This document shows, in pieces, positions 11,530-22,444 of a stretch of DNA of 64,000 nt. The notes under the pieces are model-generated. The model was not told where the DNA came from and did no database searches. It was given only the letters and a program-made list of their open reading frames with translations. How positions within the stretch are numbered: the stretch's first letter is position 1; each line of letters starts with the position of its first letter. This DNA comes from Mycoplasma sp. Bg1 (GTDB taxonomy: Bacteria; Bacillota_I; Bacilli_A; Mycoplasmatales; Hepatoplasmataceae), in assembly GCA_001641205.1 (NCBI GenBank), contig LSMX01000003.1, forward strand, positions 120,177-184,176, given 5' to 3'. The translations under genes were made by a program, and so were the position numbers.

Positions 11530-12560
11530 TACTTTTTCTCTCCTTCATAAGTTCTTAAAAAATCTAAATCATTTTGGTAGAAATTTCGAATGTCATTAAT
11601 TAATCATTTAATCATCGCAAGTCTTTCAACACCAATTCCTGCAGCAAGACCTTGAGTTAACTCAGGATCTTTATTTGCTTTTACTATTACTTGGGGATGA
11701 AGCATCCCTGCTCCAAGAATTTCAATTCATCCAGATTGTCCGCAAACTTTACACCCCTTTTTATTACAATGAGGACATTGAATATCCATTTCATAACTTG
11801 GTTCTGTAAAGGGAAAATAAGAAGGACGGTATCTTGTTTCTAAATGTTTTTCAAAAATTTCATCAAGCAAATTATTTAAGGTTCATTTCAAATTTGCAAT
11901 ATTTATTGTTGGTGAAGTTTTAAAAATATCAATTTGACTAAATTGAAAAGAATGAGTTGCATCATTATCATCATTACGAAAAACAGTCCCAACTGAATAT
12001 GATGAAAGGACATTTCCTTTTAGTTTAACAAGTTCTCTTGCAGTAACATTAGTACAATGTGTTCTTAAAACATTATTAGTTGCTAAATAAAAAGTATCTT
12101 GCATTGCTCTTGCAGGATGATCTTTATGTAAATTTAAGATATCAAAATTATAAGTTTCATTTTCAATTTCAATTCCATGAGCAAATTCATAATGTTGATT
12201 ATCAAAAAAATCCATTACTTTATTTCCAATACTACTTAATGGATGGATTATTCCATTACCTTTTGGTAAGGAAATACGATTATTTTTTAATAATAAATTT
12301 TCTTTTTCTATTAAGAAAAAATTATTTTCTAATTCTTCTTTCTTTTGATCAAAAAGAGTTTTTAAATTTAAAGAATAAAATTTAATTTGTTCTCCTATTT
12401 CTTGTTTATTAGAAGAAGTTTTAATTTCATTTTTTAAAGAGTTAAAAAAAGTAGATTTAGAAGTATATTTAGCTTTTAACTGCTTTAATTCCTCTAAATT
12501 TGTTACTTTCTTAATTTCTTTTTTAAGGTTATCGATTTCTTGAATTGTTTGTTGATTCAT
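11529..12560 (-). CDS. pheS: phenylalanine--tRNA ligase alpha subunit
   Basis: [14 protein letters not shown].., [12 protein letters not shown], and class II motifs in the TGA-joined 3' part. TAATG overlap with pheT (frame checked). Confidence 0.9.
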
Positions 12561-12575
12561 TTCTAATCAATTAAC

Positions 12576-12887
12576 CTATTTTATAAATTCTTCTAATTTA
12601 TTTTCGGGGATAAATCCTGTTTCTCTTTTAACTTCTTGACCATTTTTAATTAAAATGGTTGTAGGAACTCCCTGAATATTATATTCACTTGCAAAATCAC
12701 CAAAACCATCAATATCTATTTTTAAAATTGTTAAATCAGATTTAATTGCAAATTTTTCTAAAACTGGTGCAAACATTTGACAAGGCCCACATCAAGTTGC
12801 AAAGAAATTAGCAATCATTACTTCATTTTTCTCTTTTGCTTCTGTAAATTCCTCAGGGTTTTCAATTATTTTTAACATTATTATTTC
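12576..12887 (-). CDS. trxA: thioredoxin
   Basis: MLKIIENPEEF..MIANFFATW(TGA)CGPCQMFAPVLEKF... The WCGPC active site needs the TGA at rc 12792..12794 to encode Trp. Confidence 0.9.
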
Positions 12888-12939
12888 CTCTATTCATGTA
12901 TTGTAATTATTTATATAGTTTAATTATATTCTATAACTA

Positions 12940-12991
12940 TTTTAAATATTTAATAAATTAAGTAATTTTAAATATTTAATAAATTAAGTAA
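12940..12991. repeat. perfect 26-bp tandem duplication (2 copies)
   Basis: ttttaaatatttaataaattaagtaa occurs at 12940..12965 and again at 12966..12991. It spans the stop codon of the hydrolase gene. Confidence 0.9.
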
Positions 12992-13666
12992 TTGATCATA
13001 AAAATTAGGGTTATTAATTAAAACAGTATAATGAGATTCATTTATTCAATAATAAGAAACAACATTTTTTGCTTCTATTCTCTTTTTTAACTCCTTAAAA
13101 GTTTTTTTAGTTTTATTTACTTCATCTTTCTGATTTAAAAAAATATGTAAATTTTTATTAGAAATTTTTCCAAAATTTCTTAATAAATACATTCTAAAAT
13201 GATTTATTTTAAGTGTTAATCTTATTGGATATTTTTCTACTGGCGCTTTTTCTTTACTTTTTAATAAACGTTTATATCTTTCTTTTGAGAGTTTTTTACG
13301 TAATTTTCTTCGTAATTTTATAGTTTTAACAATTTTACCTAATCAACCAAAATGAGAAATATAATATGTAGGAAAAATAGAAATTATATCGGTAATATTT
13401 TTCCATTTATATCCCTCAGTTAAAAATAATGAGGCTCCCATTGAATAAGAAATAATTATTATCTCCTTATCACTATATTTATCCATTACTTTATCAATTT
13501 GAGATAAAAAACTTTTTATTGTTAAAGTTTCTTTTGCATAGTTATCAAATCAATAGATTCTTTCTATTTGACAACCAACTTTTTCTTTTGCATAATGATA
13601 AAAATCATCAAAATCATGTTGTTCGTGTCTTTTATAACCATGAACTAATAAAATTATCTTTTCCAT
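12968..13666 (-). CDS. alpha/beta-fold hydrolase (esterase/lipase-like)
   Basis: MEKIILLVHGYKRHEQHDFDDF.. followed by the nucleophile elbow IISYSMGAS (GxSxG type). Read through TGA. TAA at 12968..12970 was hand-checked. Confidence 0.6.
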
Positions 13667-13667
13667 A

Positions 13668-14399
13668 TTAATTTTTAAATCTTTCCATTGCAATCCCAGC
13701 ACTAATTGCTACATTCAATGAATCAATATTATTTATTTTAATAAATACATCCTCTCCTTTTAAAATCTCAAGAGTTTTTGGATCAATTCCATTTGCTTCA
13801 TTTCCAAAAACAAGTAAAACTTTTTCTTGGGAATTTTCAATTTGGTGTAATTCTTTTGCCTTTTTATTAATTACAAATCTAAAAGTTTTATAATCCTTTA
13901 ATTTTTCTAAAGTTTCCAAATGATAAATAGGAATATCAAAAAGGGCTCCTTGAGTTGCTCTAATTACTTTTGAATTATACTCAAAAACACTATCATTAAT
14001 AGTGAAAATAGCATCAAAATTAAAAGCGTAAGCAGTCCGAATAATTGTTCCAAAATTTCCTGGATCATTTATTCCATCAAGTAAAATAACTTTTTTATAG
14101 GAATTAAAATCTGGAGAATTTGGAATAATTTTACATATTCCTACTGCCTCAGTATTTGAGACATTTGCAGAAATTTTTGCAATTATTCCTTTTGTTACTA
14201 AAATTTTTTCAAGATTAAAAGTTTTAAAAATAGTAAGATCAGTAATAAGTAATTTTTCAAGTCTTCCTTTTTGATAGGCTTCAGTAATGACATTTTTACC
14301 CTCTATTAAAAAAAATCCATCTTTTAAAATATTTTTTTTAGAATTTAATTTAGCAAGTTCTTTAATATAAGGGTTCTGTAATGAGGTGATTTTATTCAT
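13668..14399 (-). CDS. TrmH/SpoU-family RNA 2'-O-methyltransferase
   Basis: 243-aa ORF with SpoU motifs: DGINDPGNFGTIIRTA, LVFGNEANGI, SLNVAISAGIAM. Confidence 0.8.
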   Translation of the reverse strand: MNKITSLQNPYIKELAKLNSKKNILKDGFFLIEGKNVITEAYQKGRLEKLLITDLTIFKTFNLEKILVTKGIIAKISANVSNTEAVGICKIIPNSPDFNSYKKVILLDGINDPGNFGTIIRTAYAFNFDAIFTINDSVFEYNSKVIRATQGALFDIPIYHLETLEKLKDYKTFRFVINKKAKELHQIENSQEKVLLVFGNEANGIDPKTLEILKGEDVFIKINNIDSLNVAISAGIAMERFKN

Positions 14400-15231
14400 A
14401 AATTAATTTTAATATTTTTTTAGCTACTGCTCCTTCAGCATCTGATAATTCTAAAACTTCATCAGCAATTTCCTTTGCTTCAGGAATTGCATTTGAAGGA
14501 GCAAAAGAATATCCAGCTCATTCTAGAGCTTCAAGATCATTAACATTATCTCCAAAATAAATAACATTTTCTTGCTCTATATTTAATTGTTTTGCAACAT
14601 CTTCTAATCCAAGTGCTTTATTTGCTCCGCTTGGTGAAATAACCAAATCAATACTATTACCTACAGTAAAATTATTTCAAATTCTAAGTTTATATTTTGG
14701 TTCAACAAAAGTTCGAACTTTATTTGCAAATTCAATATTACTATATTCAGGTTTCATTTTTACGATTATTTCATAAGGTTCAAAGAAAAGATCATTAATA
14801 TTACTTGTTTCTTGAAAAAAAGCAATATACTTTTTCCCCACAATAATAAATTCATTTGTTTTTGAAAGAATATCAAATTCATTTACAAAATTTATAGCAA
14901 ATTTTTGATCTAATTTATCTAAATAAATTTCCACTGGATTATTGTTATTGCCATTGGTTTTTCTATTATGTACATATACTCCAGAAAAATGAATAGAAGG
15001 AGTATCAAGTTCTAACTGTTCATAAATCATTTTAGTTGATCATCATGATCTCCCTGTTGCAATAACAAAATAATTTCCTGTTTCTTTTATAGCTTTTACT
15101 GCTCGATAATTATCAATAAGCATTCCTGAATTAGAATTTGTTAAAAAAGTCCCATCTAAATCAGTTGCGATTATATATTTTTTATTTTTATCAAGATGTT
15201 CTAATTTTGATTTTGTCATAGTTTTATACAT
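14392..15231 (-). CDS. Cof-type HAD-IIB phosphatase
   Basis: YIIATDLDGTFL (DxD motif) ..VIATGRSW(TGA)W(TGA).. The C-terminal part contains GDNVNDLEAL-type sequence. Pieces 15043, 14677 and the tail share one frame. TAA at 14392. Confidence 0.75.
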
Positions 15232-15315
15232 TTAATTATACTATTTTAAACTTTTTACTTTCAATTTAAGAGATTTATAATTGATTAATTATTCTAATTT
15301 AAATTCTTTTATTTT

Positions 15316-16587
15316 TTATTTTTCTCATCTTTTAAATTTAACTCGGTCATTACTATTTAATGATTTATCATTAAATCTCTTTAACTTTTGAAATTGATCT
15401 AAAGTAAAAAGAGCTTCATAACCAATAATTTGATTTAGATCTAGAATTAAAAGTTCTTCACGAGAATTAATTTTAGCTTCTACATCATTTTTTGATAAAT
15501 CATCAAGAGTCATTTGTGTGTATTTAAAAAGAGCATCTTCAAAATTATTTACTGCTACAGAAATAAACCTTACTGATTGATTTTTATATCAAATATCATA
15601 TAACTTCATAACTATTGGCCAAATATCTTCAATAGAATTTGTTTGATATTCTAAACTTAGTTGTATTTTTGAAGAAGGATTTAAAGCTCCTTGATCTTTT
15701 GTTTCTAGAGCAATGGTTCTACAAGTAAGAGCTCGATATTCAAGTCTTGCTACAATTCTTTTTGTAATATTAAAAAGTTCATTAACAACTTCATCAGCAG
15801 AAATCAAATCATAAGTAAAGGTTTTTCCAAAGGAAATTGATTTTAAAAAATGATTTTCCTTGTTAACTTCGGAAATTGTTTTTCCGCTTGCAGAACTAAT
15901 ATGTTCATCAAGTCTTATTCCTAGAGCCTTTTTAAGTTCTTGATATTTATCATAGTCATCTACTAAATTTACTAAATCAATAATATGATTAATCCCTTTA
16001 CTTTGTAAAAATTTAGTAGTTGCTTGACCAATATATTGCATTTTACTAATTGGAAGTGGCCAAAGTTTTTGTTCAATTTCAAAAGTATAAAGGGTACTAA
16101 TTCCATGTGGTTTATCAAATTTAGAAGCAATTTTTGAAAGAAGTTTATTATTACTAATTCCAATTGAAACTGTTAATTTTGTCTCTTTTTGAATTTTTTG
16201 TTGAATTTCTCAAGCTAAATCAATTGGATCATTTTCTTCAAGAATTTTTGTAACATCTACATAACATTCATCAATAGAAGCAACTTCAAGTTGTTTAGAA
16301 AAAGTTGCAATAATTTGAAAAATTTCCTCTGATCTTTGTACATAATATTCATAATCTGAATTAATAATTGTAGCTCTCGAACAAAGCCTTATTGCTTTAT
16401 AAATGGGCATTCCTGTATGAATTCCATATTTTCTTGCAGGATAATTACAAGCACCAACAATTCCTTTATTTTTTAGATGGATATTCCCAATAATAATTGG
16501 TTTTCCTTTTAATTCAGGCCTTCTTGCTTCTTCGCAAGCTGCAAAAAAAGCATCAACATCAATTGTAAAAATTACTTTATCACTCAT
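15316..16587 (-). CDS. dinB: DNA polymerase IV (Y-family)
   Basis: MSDKVIFTIDVDAFFAACEEARRPELKGKPIIIG.., SIDECYVDVT. Pieces 16210, 15589 and 15325 share one frame. The true stop is TAA at 15316. Confidence 0.85.
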
Positions 16588-16636
16588 AATATCTTAATTA
16601 TAATAATAAAAACATTATAATTTAAATAATATAATT

Positions 16637-17446
16637 ATGTGAATTACCTCAGGCTCATTTATAAATGATATTTTTTTAGAAAAGCCTACTCCCCAAACTT
16701 TTTTTAATTTTTTTAAAAATACTCTTGAGGGAGTAGAATTTCTTGTTTGATGATTCATATTAGGATTTATCTTTTTTGCTTTTATTTCTTATCTAATTGG
16801 TTCAATTAATACTGGACAAATTATGTCAAAAATAAAAAAAGAAGATTTAGGTAGTGTTGGTTCAGGAAATTTTGGATCAACCAATGCTTGGAGAGCATGA
16901 GGTGCGATAGGTTTTGCGCTTGTTTTCTCTTTTGATGTTTTAAAATCAATTATTGCTGGAATAATTTTGTGAATAATTGCTGCTGAATTTGCTTCACTTG
17001 CAGGTTCTATTGAAAAGCAACAATCCCTTACTTTAAGTTTATATATGGCAATTCCTCTTTCACTTATTTTTGTTTCAATTGGTCATGCTTATCCACTCTT
17101 TTTTAAATTTAAAGGAGGAAAATGTGTTGCTACTTCTTTTGGTCTTATAATTTTAATTAATTGAGTAATGGCTATTATTGCTATTTTAGTTTTTCTTGTA
17201 ATTTTAAAAACAACAAGAAATATGGCCCTAGCTTCAATGACTGGAACAGCCATTGGGGGAGCACTTTTAATGTTTGTGCCCTTCTTTTTTATTGGCAAAG
17301 CTTATCTAGTTGTTGCTCCTTGAGCTTTAATGTGAACAATTTGACCAGCAACATTTTTTGTTATTTTAATTGTAGAATTAAAGCATATTCCAAATGTTTT
17401 AAGAATGATTCAGGGAGAGGAATTATTGCTTAAAAATGAAGGCTAA
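16637..17446 (+). CDS. plsY: glycerol-3-phosphate acyltransferase PlsY
   Basis: YLIGSINTGQI..GSGNFGSTNAWRAW(TGA)G.. and HAYPLFFKFKGGKCVATSFG. The start is uncertain: ATG at 16637 gives a roughly 38-aa N-terminal extension. Confidence 0.8.
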
Positions 17447-17966
17447 TGACAAAAATCATAAATTAGAAACCACCTATAAAATAAATAAACTAATTGAAAA
17501 TGTTTTAGAAATTAAAACAAATGCAGATTGAAAAAAATATGATTTTAAAAAAAATCCAATTGTTGATATAAGTAATAATGATTATTTTGGAATTCGTGTT
17601 TTTGAAAAAAATGCTTTAGCAATTATTTATAGTCCTCTTCAAGTTAGTAATTTAAAAAGACTTTTAAAAGAAGGAAAGAGATTTTTAACTACTCATTTTA
17701 TAACTTTTGATTTAAATGAGTTTGATCCTATATACAAAAATAAATATCAAACTCCAACAGAATGATTTTTAAAAGAAACCACTAAAATCATTTCTAATAT
17801 TGAAGAAATTAAAACAGATAATTTAGTTTTAAATATTACTGATAATGAAGAACTTGATTTACAAAAAATCATACTTACTCTTGCAACAATTTATCAATAT
17901 AAAATTGCAATAACTGCTTCAAAAAAAATCACAAATGATTATATTAATTTTAATATAAAAAAATAA
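17436..17966 (+). CDS. hypothetical protein (176 aa)
   Basis: ATG at 17436 overlaps the plsY end by 11 nt. Open through 2 TGA codons to TAA at 17964. No motif recognised. Confidence 0.5.
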
Positions 17967-17987
17967 TGGCTGAGCCATTATTTTTTT
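17964..17987. terminator. bidirectional rho-independent terminator between convergent genes
   Basis: Stem taatggc/gccatta (17964..17970 and 17974..17980) with a 3-nt loop. T7 lies downstream and an A-run upstream. It overlaps both convergent stop codons. Confidence 0.55.
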
Positions 17988-18613
17988 ATGTAAGTAAGAA
18001 TTTCATCAACAATTTCTTCTGGAGATTTATCATCAGTTTTAATATAAATTAAATTTTTAACATTACTTTTAAGATATTCTACAATTACTGGGTTATTATA
18101 ATATTGATCATAAAGATTTTTTCAATAATTATCATCTACATCTAGTTCCTCTTTTCGAGCACGCTTATTAATTCGTGAAATAATGTTTTCAAAACTTGCC
18201 TGTAAAAGAAAGAAATAATCTGGATGATCAGCATAATTAATTCGAGAAACTAATGTTTTTGTAATTAAAGCATATTGATTCCATTGCATAAAAGACATAT
18301 CTTCACGAATTATTTTCATTGAACCAAAAATAAAATCATCTAAAAAATGGCGATCAAAAATAGCAATACTATCTAAATTAATTTTCATTAATTTTTCTAC
18401 TTCAAGAAGAGCTTTAAATCGATTCAACATATAATCAAGTTGAATAAGAAAAGATCATTCACTCCGATTTTTATAATAATAAGATAAATAAGGATTTTGA
18501 TAAGGAATTTCTAAATTCAACTTTACTTGATAATTATTTTTTAATTTTTTTTCTAATAATTTAGAAATTGTAGTTTTTCCAACTCCAACAGTTCCTGAAA
18601 TAACAATTTTCAT
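17978..18613 (-). CDS. deoxynucleoside kinase (dAK/dGK family), paralog 1
   Basis: MKIVISGTVGVGKTT (P-loop), ..W(TGA)SFLIQLDYML.., FDRHFLDDFIFG, and the arginine-rich lid RINKRARKEE. Confidence 0.8.
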
Positions 18614-18614
18614 T

Positions 18615-19277
18615 TTATTTGCCAATTCTATGATTAATATATTTAAGAATTTTAGCAACAACTTCATCAGGAGTGCTTTCATCTGTGTCAATATCAACAA
18701 AATTTTTAGTATAACCCTTAAAAATTTTCCGATAAGAACTTTTTGAATAATATCGATAGTAAAGATCTTGTCAATATTTCTGATCAAATTTTTCTTCTAG
18801 AGGTCTTCCTCTTTGAATAAATTGTCTTTGACTTACTGTATCAAATGATGCTTTTAGCATAATGAAAAAATCTGGTTTTTCAAATTCATGAAAATCTTCA
18901 ACTTTTTTTAAAAGTTCATTATAAACAATTTTATAAGTATTTTGTAAATGAACTGAATATCCTTCTCTTACTTCTTTAAGTTCTGAAAAAATAATGTCTT
19001 CTAAAAAATGACGGTCATAAATTACAACATGTTTTTCATCATCGACATAACTTTGTTCCATTTTTACTCATTGATCAAATCTCTGAACTAAAAAATCAAG
19101 TTGAGCAATAAACCCTCAATTTGGAAGATCATTAAAATATAAATCAAAATATGGGCTATCAACAACAAGTTCACCAAGAACAGAGACTTCTTTTCCCTGA
19201 CTTTCAAAATGTTTTTTTAAGACCTTAACTGTTGTTGATTTTCCAACTCCTGAAGTTCCACTAATTATAATTTTCAT
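18615..19277 (-). CDS. deoxynucleoside kinase, paralog 2
   Basis: MKIIISGTSGVGKST, YDRHFLEDIIFS, QRQFIQRGRPLEE. Start and stop frames checked. Confidence 0.8.
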
Positions 19278-19294
19278 TTTTAACCAACATATTA

Positions 19295-19951
19295 TTAATC
19301 TAAAATAATTGCAATAATTTCTTTTACAATTTCTTTTGGTTTTTTATTTTCTGTATTTATTTCCACAAAATTATTTACATTTTGTTGAAAATGATTTTTA
19401 AACATTGGACGATCATAATAGTTATGATAAAGATCTCTTCAATATTCTTCTGGAGTTTCAGTTTCTACTTCTCGCCCTCTTCCTTGCAAACGTTCCATTA
19501 CTGTTGGTAATGAAGCTTTAAGCAAGAAAAAATAATCTGGTCTTGCATCAAGTTTTGTCATTTTGTCAGTCAATTCTTTATAAATTGCTTGATAAGTAAT
19601 TGAATTAAACATTGAAATATTTTCTTTAATTGTATGTAATTCAGCAAAAACATAATCATCTAGAAAGTGACGATCATAAACAGTAATATCATTTTCTTTT
19701 TCTTTTGGAGTTAATTTAGATTGTCTTTTTTCATCTACTAATCATTGTTTAAATCTTCCTAAAAGAAAATCTAATTGAGCAACAAAAGCTCAATCCTGTG
19801 GTGATTTATAATAATAATCTAAATAAATTGAATTTACTGTTTCTTCATTTAGGAAAGAAACATTAAATCCTTTATTTTCTAATTCTTTTTTTAATAGTTT
19901 AGAAGTAGTGGACTTCCCAATCCCTACTGTTCCAGAAATTACAATTCTCAT
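19295..19951 (-). CDS. deoxynucleoside kinase, paralog 3
   Basis: MRIVISGTVGIGKST, then the same-family pattern (..YDRHFLDDYVF.., ..RGREVE..) read through TGA codons. Confidence 0.75.
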
Positions 19952-20056
19952 AATTTTTCCTTTTTCAATACTTTATTATTTTATCATTTTTTAGCTTAAT
20001 TTTTGCTCTTTGTTCAAGATAAAAAACATTAAATAGCAAGTTTTAAAAGTTATTAT

Positions 20057-20434
20057 TTAATTAAGATTATATTTTTTATAAATATCTTTTCGGAAATTCT
20101 TATGTTGAAAATGATGATCAATATATGGAATTATAATTGTTGAAATATAATTTCCAATTGCAGCTAAAATAGCACCAAGCAAAACAATTAATGTTGCTGC
20201 TGCAAAACCTTCTAAACCTAAAAATGAAGAATCATTTTTCATAATTTGTAATCCAAAAAAAGCAATTATTGGAATTCCAATGGAAGAAACAATTGTTGCA
20301 ATCATTCCTAAAAATGCTGCTTTAGTAAATTCTTCTTTTGCTATTTTATGAATTTTAAAATTAAAAGTAAAAGAAGCAATAAATTCAAAAAAGGCAAAGA
20401 CAAATAGAATTAAAAAATAAGAAAAAAGGCCCAT
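20057..20434 (-). CDS. small integral membrane protein (125 aa), paralog A
   Basis: 3-4 hydrophobic helices. FNFKIHKIAKEEFTKAAFLGMIATIVSS matches the neighbouring paralog. Confidence 0.55.
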   Translation of the reverse strand: MGLFSYFLILFVFAFFEFIASFTFNFKIHKIAKEEFTKAAFLGMIATIVSSIGIPIIAFFGLQIMKNDSSFLGLEGFAAATLIVLLGAILAAIGNYISTIIIPYIDHHFQHKNFRKDIYKKYNLN

Positions 20435-20435
20435 T

Positions 20436-20786
20436 TTACTCTTTTCTTTCTTTTTCTAATCGTACTCTTTGTTCTTTTTCTGATTCATGATGGCCCATTT
20501 TTTTAGCAACCTTTGGAACTAAAAGGGCAGCTCCAAGATTTCCGATTCCTGCAGAAAAAGCAGCAATTATAATTAATCATCAAGCACCAACATTACTAGA
20601 AATTAAAGGTGTAATAGCCATAGTAATCATAAAAAGAAAAGTAGAAGTTGCCCCCATTAAAGCAGCAATATTAAAACGTTCTTTTGCAATCATATAAATT
20701 TTATAATTAAAGAAAAATCCAACAATAAGTTCAATAAGCGGATAAACAGCCATGATCACTAGAGCAACAACTCAAGCTTTTTCCAT
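20436..20786 (-). CDS. small integral membrane protein (116 aa), paralog B
   Basis: MEKAW(TGA)VVALVIMAVYPLIELIVGFFFNYKIYMIAKERFNIAALMGATSTF... Same architecture as 20057..20434. Confidence 0.5.
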
Positions 20787-20787
20787 T

Positions 20788-21354
20788 TTAAACTTTCCCG
20801 TTGTATTTTCCAGTTTGAGTTGAAATAATTATTTCTTGATTGTTATTAATAAATTGTGGAACATCAAGTTCATAGCCTGTACTTACAGTTGCTTTTTTAC
20901 TAGCTGCAGTAACAGTATCACCCCTTACTGCATCAGTGGTATGGGTTACAACTAAATTTACATTTTTTGGAAGTTCAACTCCTAAAAATTTTCCTGCATA
21001 TCTAGTTACCATTACTTCAAGACCTTCAGCCATATACTTTAACTCTTCTTTTAAATGAGCAATTGGAAGGGTAATTTGTTCAAAAGTTTCATTATCCATA
21101 AAGGATGCATCTTGTCCATCAACATAAAGAAATTGAAATGCTTTTTTTTGCACAAAAGCTTTATCAACCCGTTCTCCTCCGGTAAAGGTAAGTATTGTTG
21201 TTGTTCCAGTAAAAAGATTTTTTACTTTACATTTTACGTGTGCTTGTCCTCTTCCTGATTTTGAATGTGATGCATCAATAAGTTGATAAACATTTTTATC
21301 ATAGATAAAAGTGCTCCCTGTTTTAAAATCATTTACATTTATTTGTTCTGCCAT
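20788..21354 (-). CDS. efp: elongation factor P
   Basis: MAEQINVNDFKTGSTFIYDKNVYQLIDASHSKSGRGQAHVKCKVKNL... Full-length 188 aa. Confidence 0.95.
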   Translation of the reverse strand: MAEQINVNDFKTGSTFIYDKNVYQLIDASHSKSGRGQAHVKCKVKNLFTGTTTILTFTGGERVDKAFVQKKAFQFLYVDGQDASFMDNETFEQITLPIAHLKEELKYMAEGLEVMVTRYAGKFLGVELPKNVNLVVTHTTDAVRGDTVTAASKKATVSTGYELDVPQFINNNQEIIISTQTGKYNGKV

Positions 21355-21373
21355 ATTTTTTTCCTTTTCTAAA

Positions 21374-22444
21374 TTATTTATTATTTTTTATTTCCAAAGC
21401 TACTGTTGATTTATTAAGAATTTTATAACCATCTTTAGTAACTAAAATATCTTGTTCAAGTCGACATCCTATTTGTTTTGGAATATAAACTCCAGGTTCA
21501 ATAGTAAAAATCATTCCTGCTTCTGCAATGTCTTCTGAATTAAAAGAAACGGTTGGTGGTTCATGAATGTCCACTCCAATTCCATGTCCCAAAGCATGAG
21601 TAAAGAATTCAATTCCATAACCATTAGTTGCTAAAAATTCTCTTGCAATTTCATCTAATTTTTTTAAGGCAATTCCTGGTTTAATTTGGCTAATTGCAAG
21701 TTCCATTGCTTCATTTACAATTCAATGAAGTTTTATTTGTTTAGAACTAGGGGTTCCAATGATAATTGTTCTTGTCATATCAGAACAACCTCGTTTATAA
21801 AAAACTCCCATATCAATAGTGATCATATCATTTTCTTTAATTACATAATTAGAAGCATGTCAATGGGGATTTGAACCATTTTTTCCTGCTGCAACAATTG
21901 GTGGAAATGATTCACTATTTGCATCTGATTCAATAGTTAAAATCATTATTTTTTTAAAAACATCTAGTTCTGTTAACCCTGGTTTAATTCAATCACAAAT
22001 TTTTGTAAAAATTTTATCAGTAATTGCAATTGCTTTTTCTGTATCAGCAATTTCTTCTTCACTTTTAATAATTCTAAAAGGAGGAAAAGCAATTGCTTCA
22101 ATATTAATTTTTAAATTATTTCTTTTAAAAAAATTAGTAAAAACTTTAAAAGCATGAAGGGTAAAATCATTTTCACTTACATAAAGAGTTTGTCCAATAA
22201 GTTTTTTAAACACCTTTTGAAATTGGGTATTATCTCCCATATCAATTACTTTAAAATCTAATAATGTTTTTGATGCTTGTTCAAAATATCTTTGATCAGT
22301 TAGAACATATTTTTTTCCTTGAATCATTAAAACAAACATGTTTGTAGAATGAAATTTTGTTAAATAATAAACATCCTTTTCATTTTTAATTAAGACATTA
22401 GGATATTTTTCAATAAAGTTAGTTCAATTTTTTAAGTGTTCCAT
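21374..22444 (-). CDS. pepP: Xaa-Pro aminopeptidase (M24B family)
   Basis: Creatinase-like N-domain (..YYLTKFHSTNMFVLMIQGKKYVLTDQRYFEQA) and M24 metal-ligand motifs (HALGHGIGVDIHEPP, FTIEPG). It sits next to efp, as in Bacillus. Confidence 0.85.

Noticed and set aside
15972-16163. 63-aa ORF within the dinB region.
   Set aside because: Its frame (x mod 3 = 0) differs from the dinB frame (x mod 3 = 1), which is continuous across this stretch through TGA codons.
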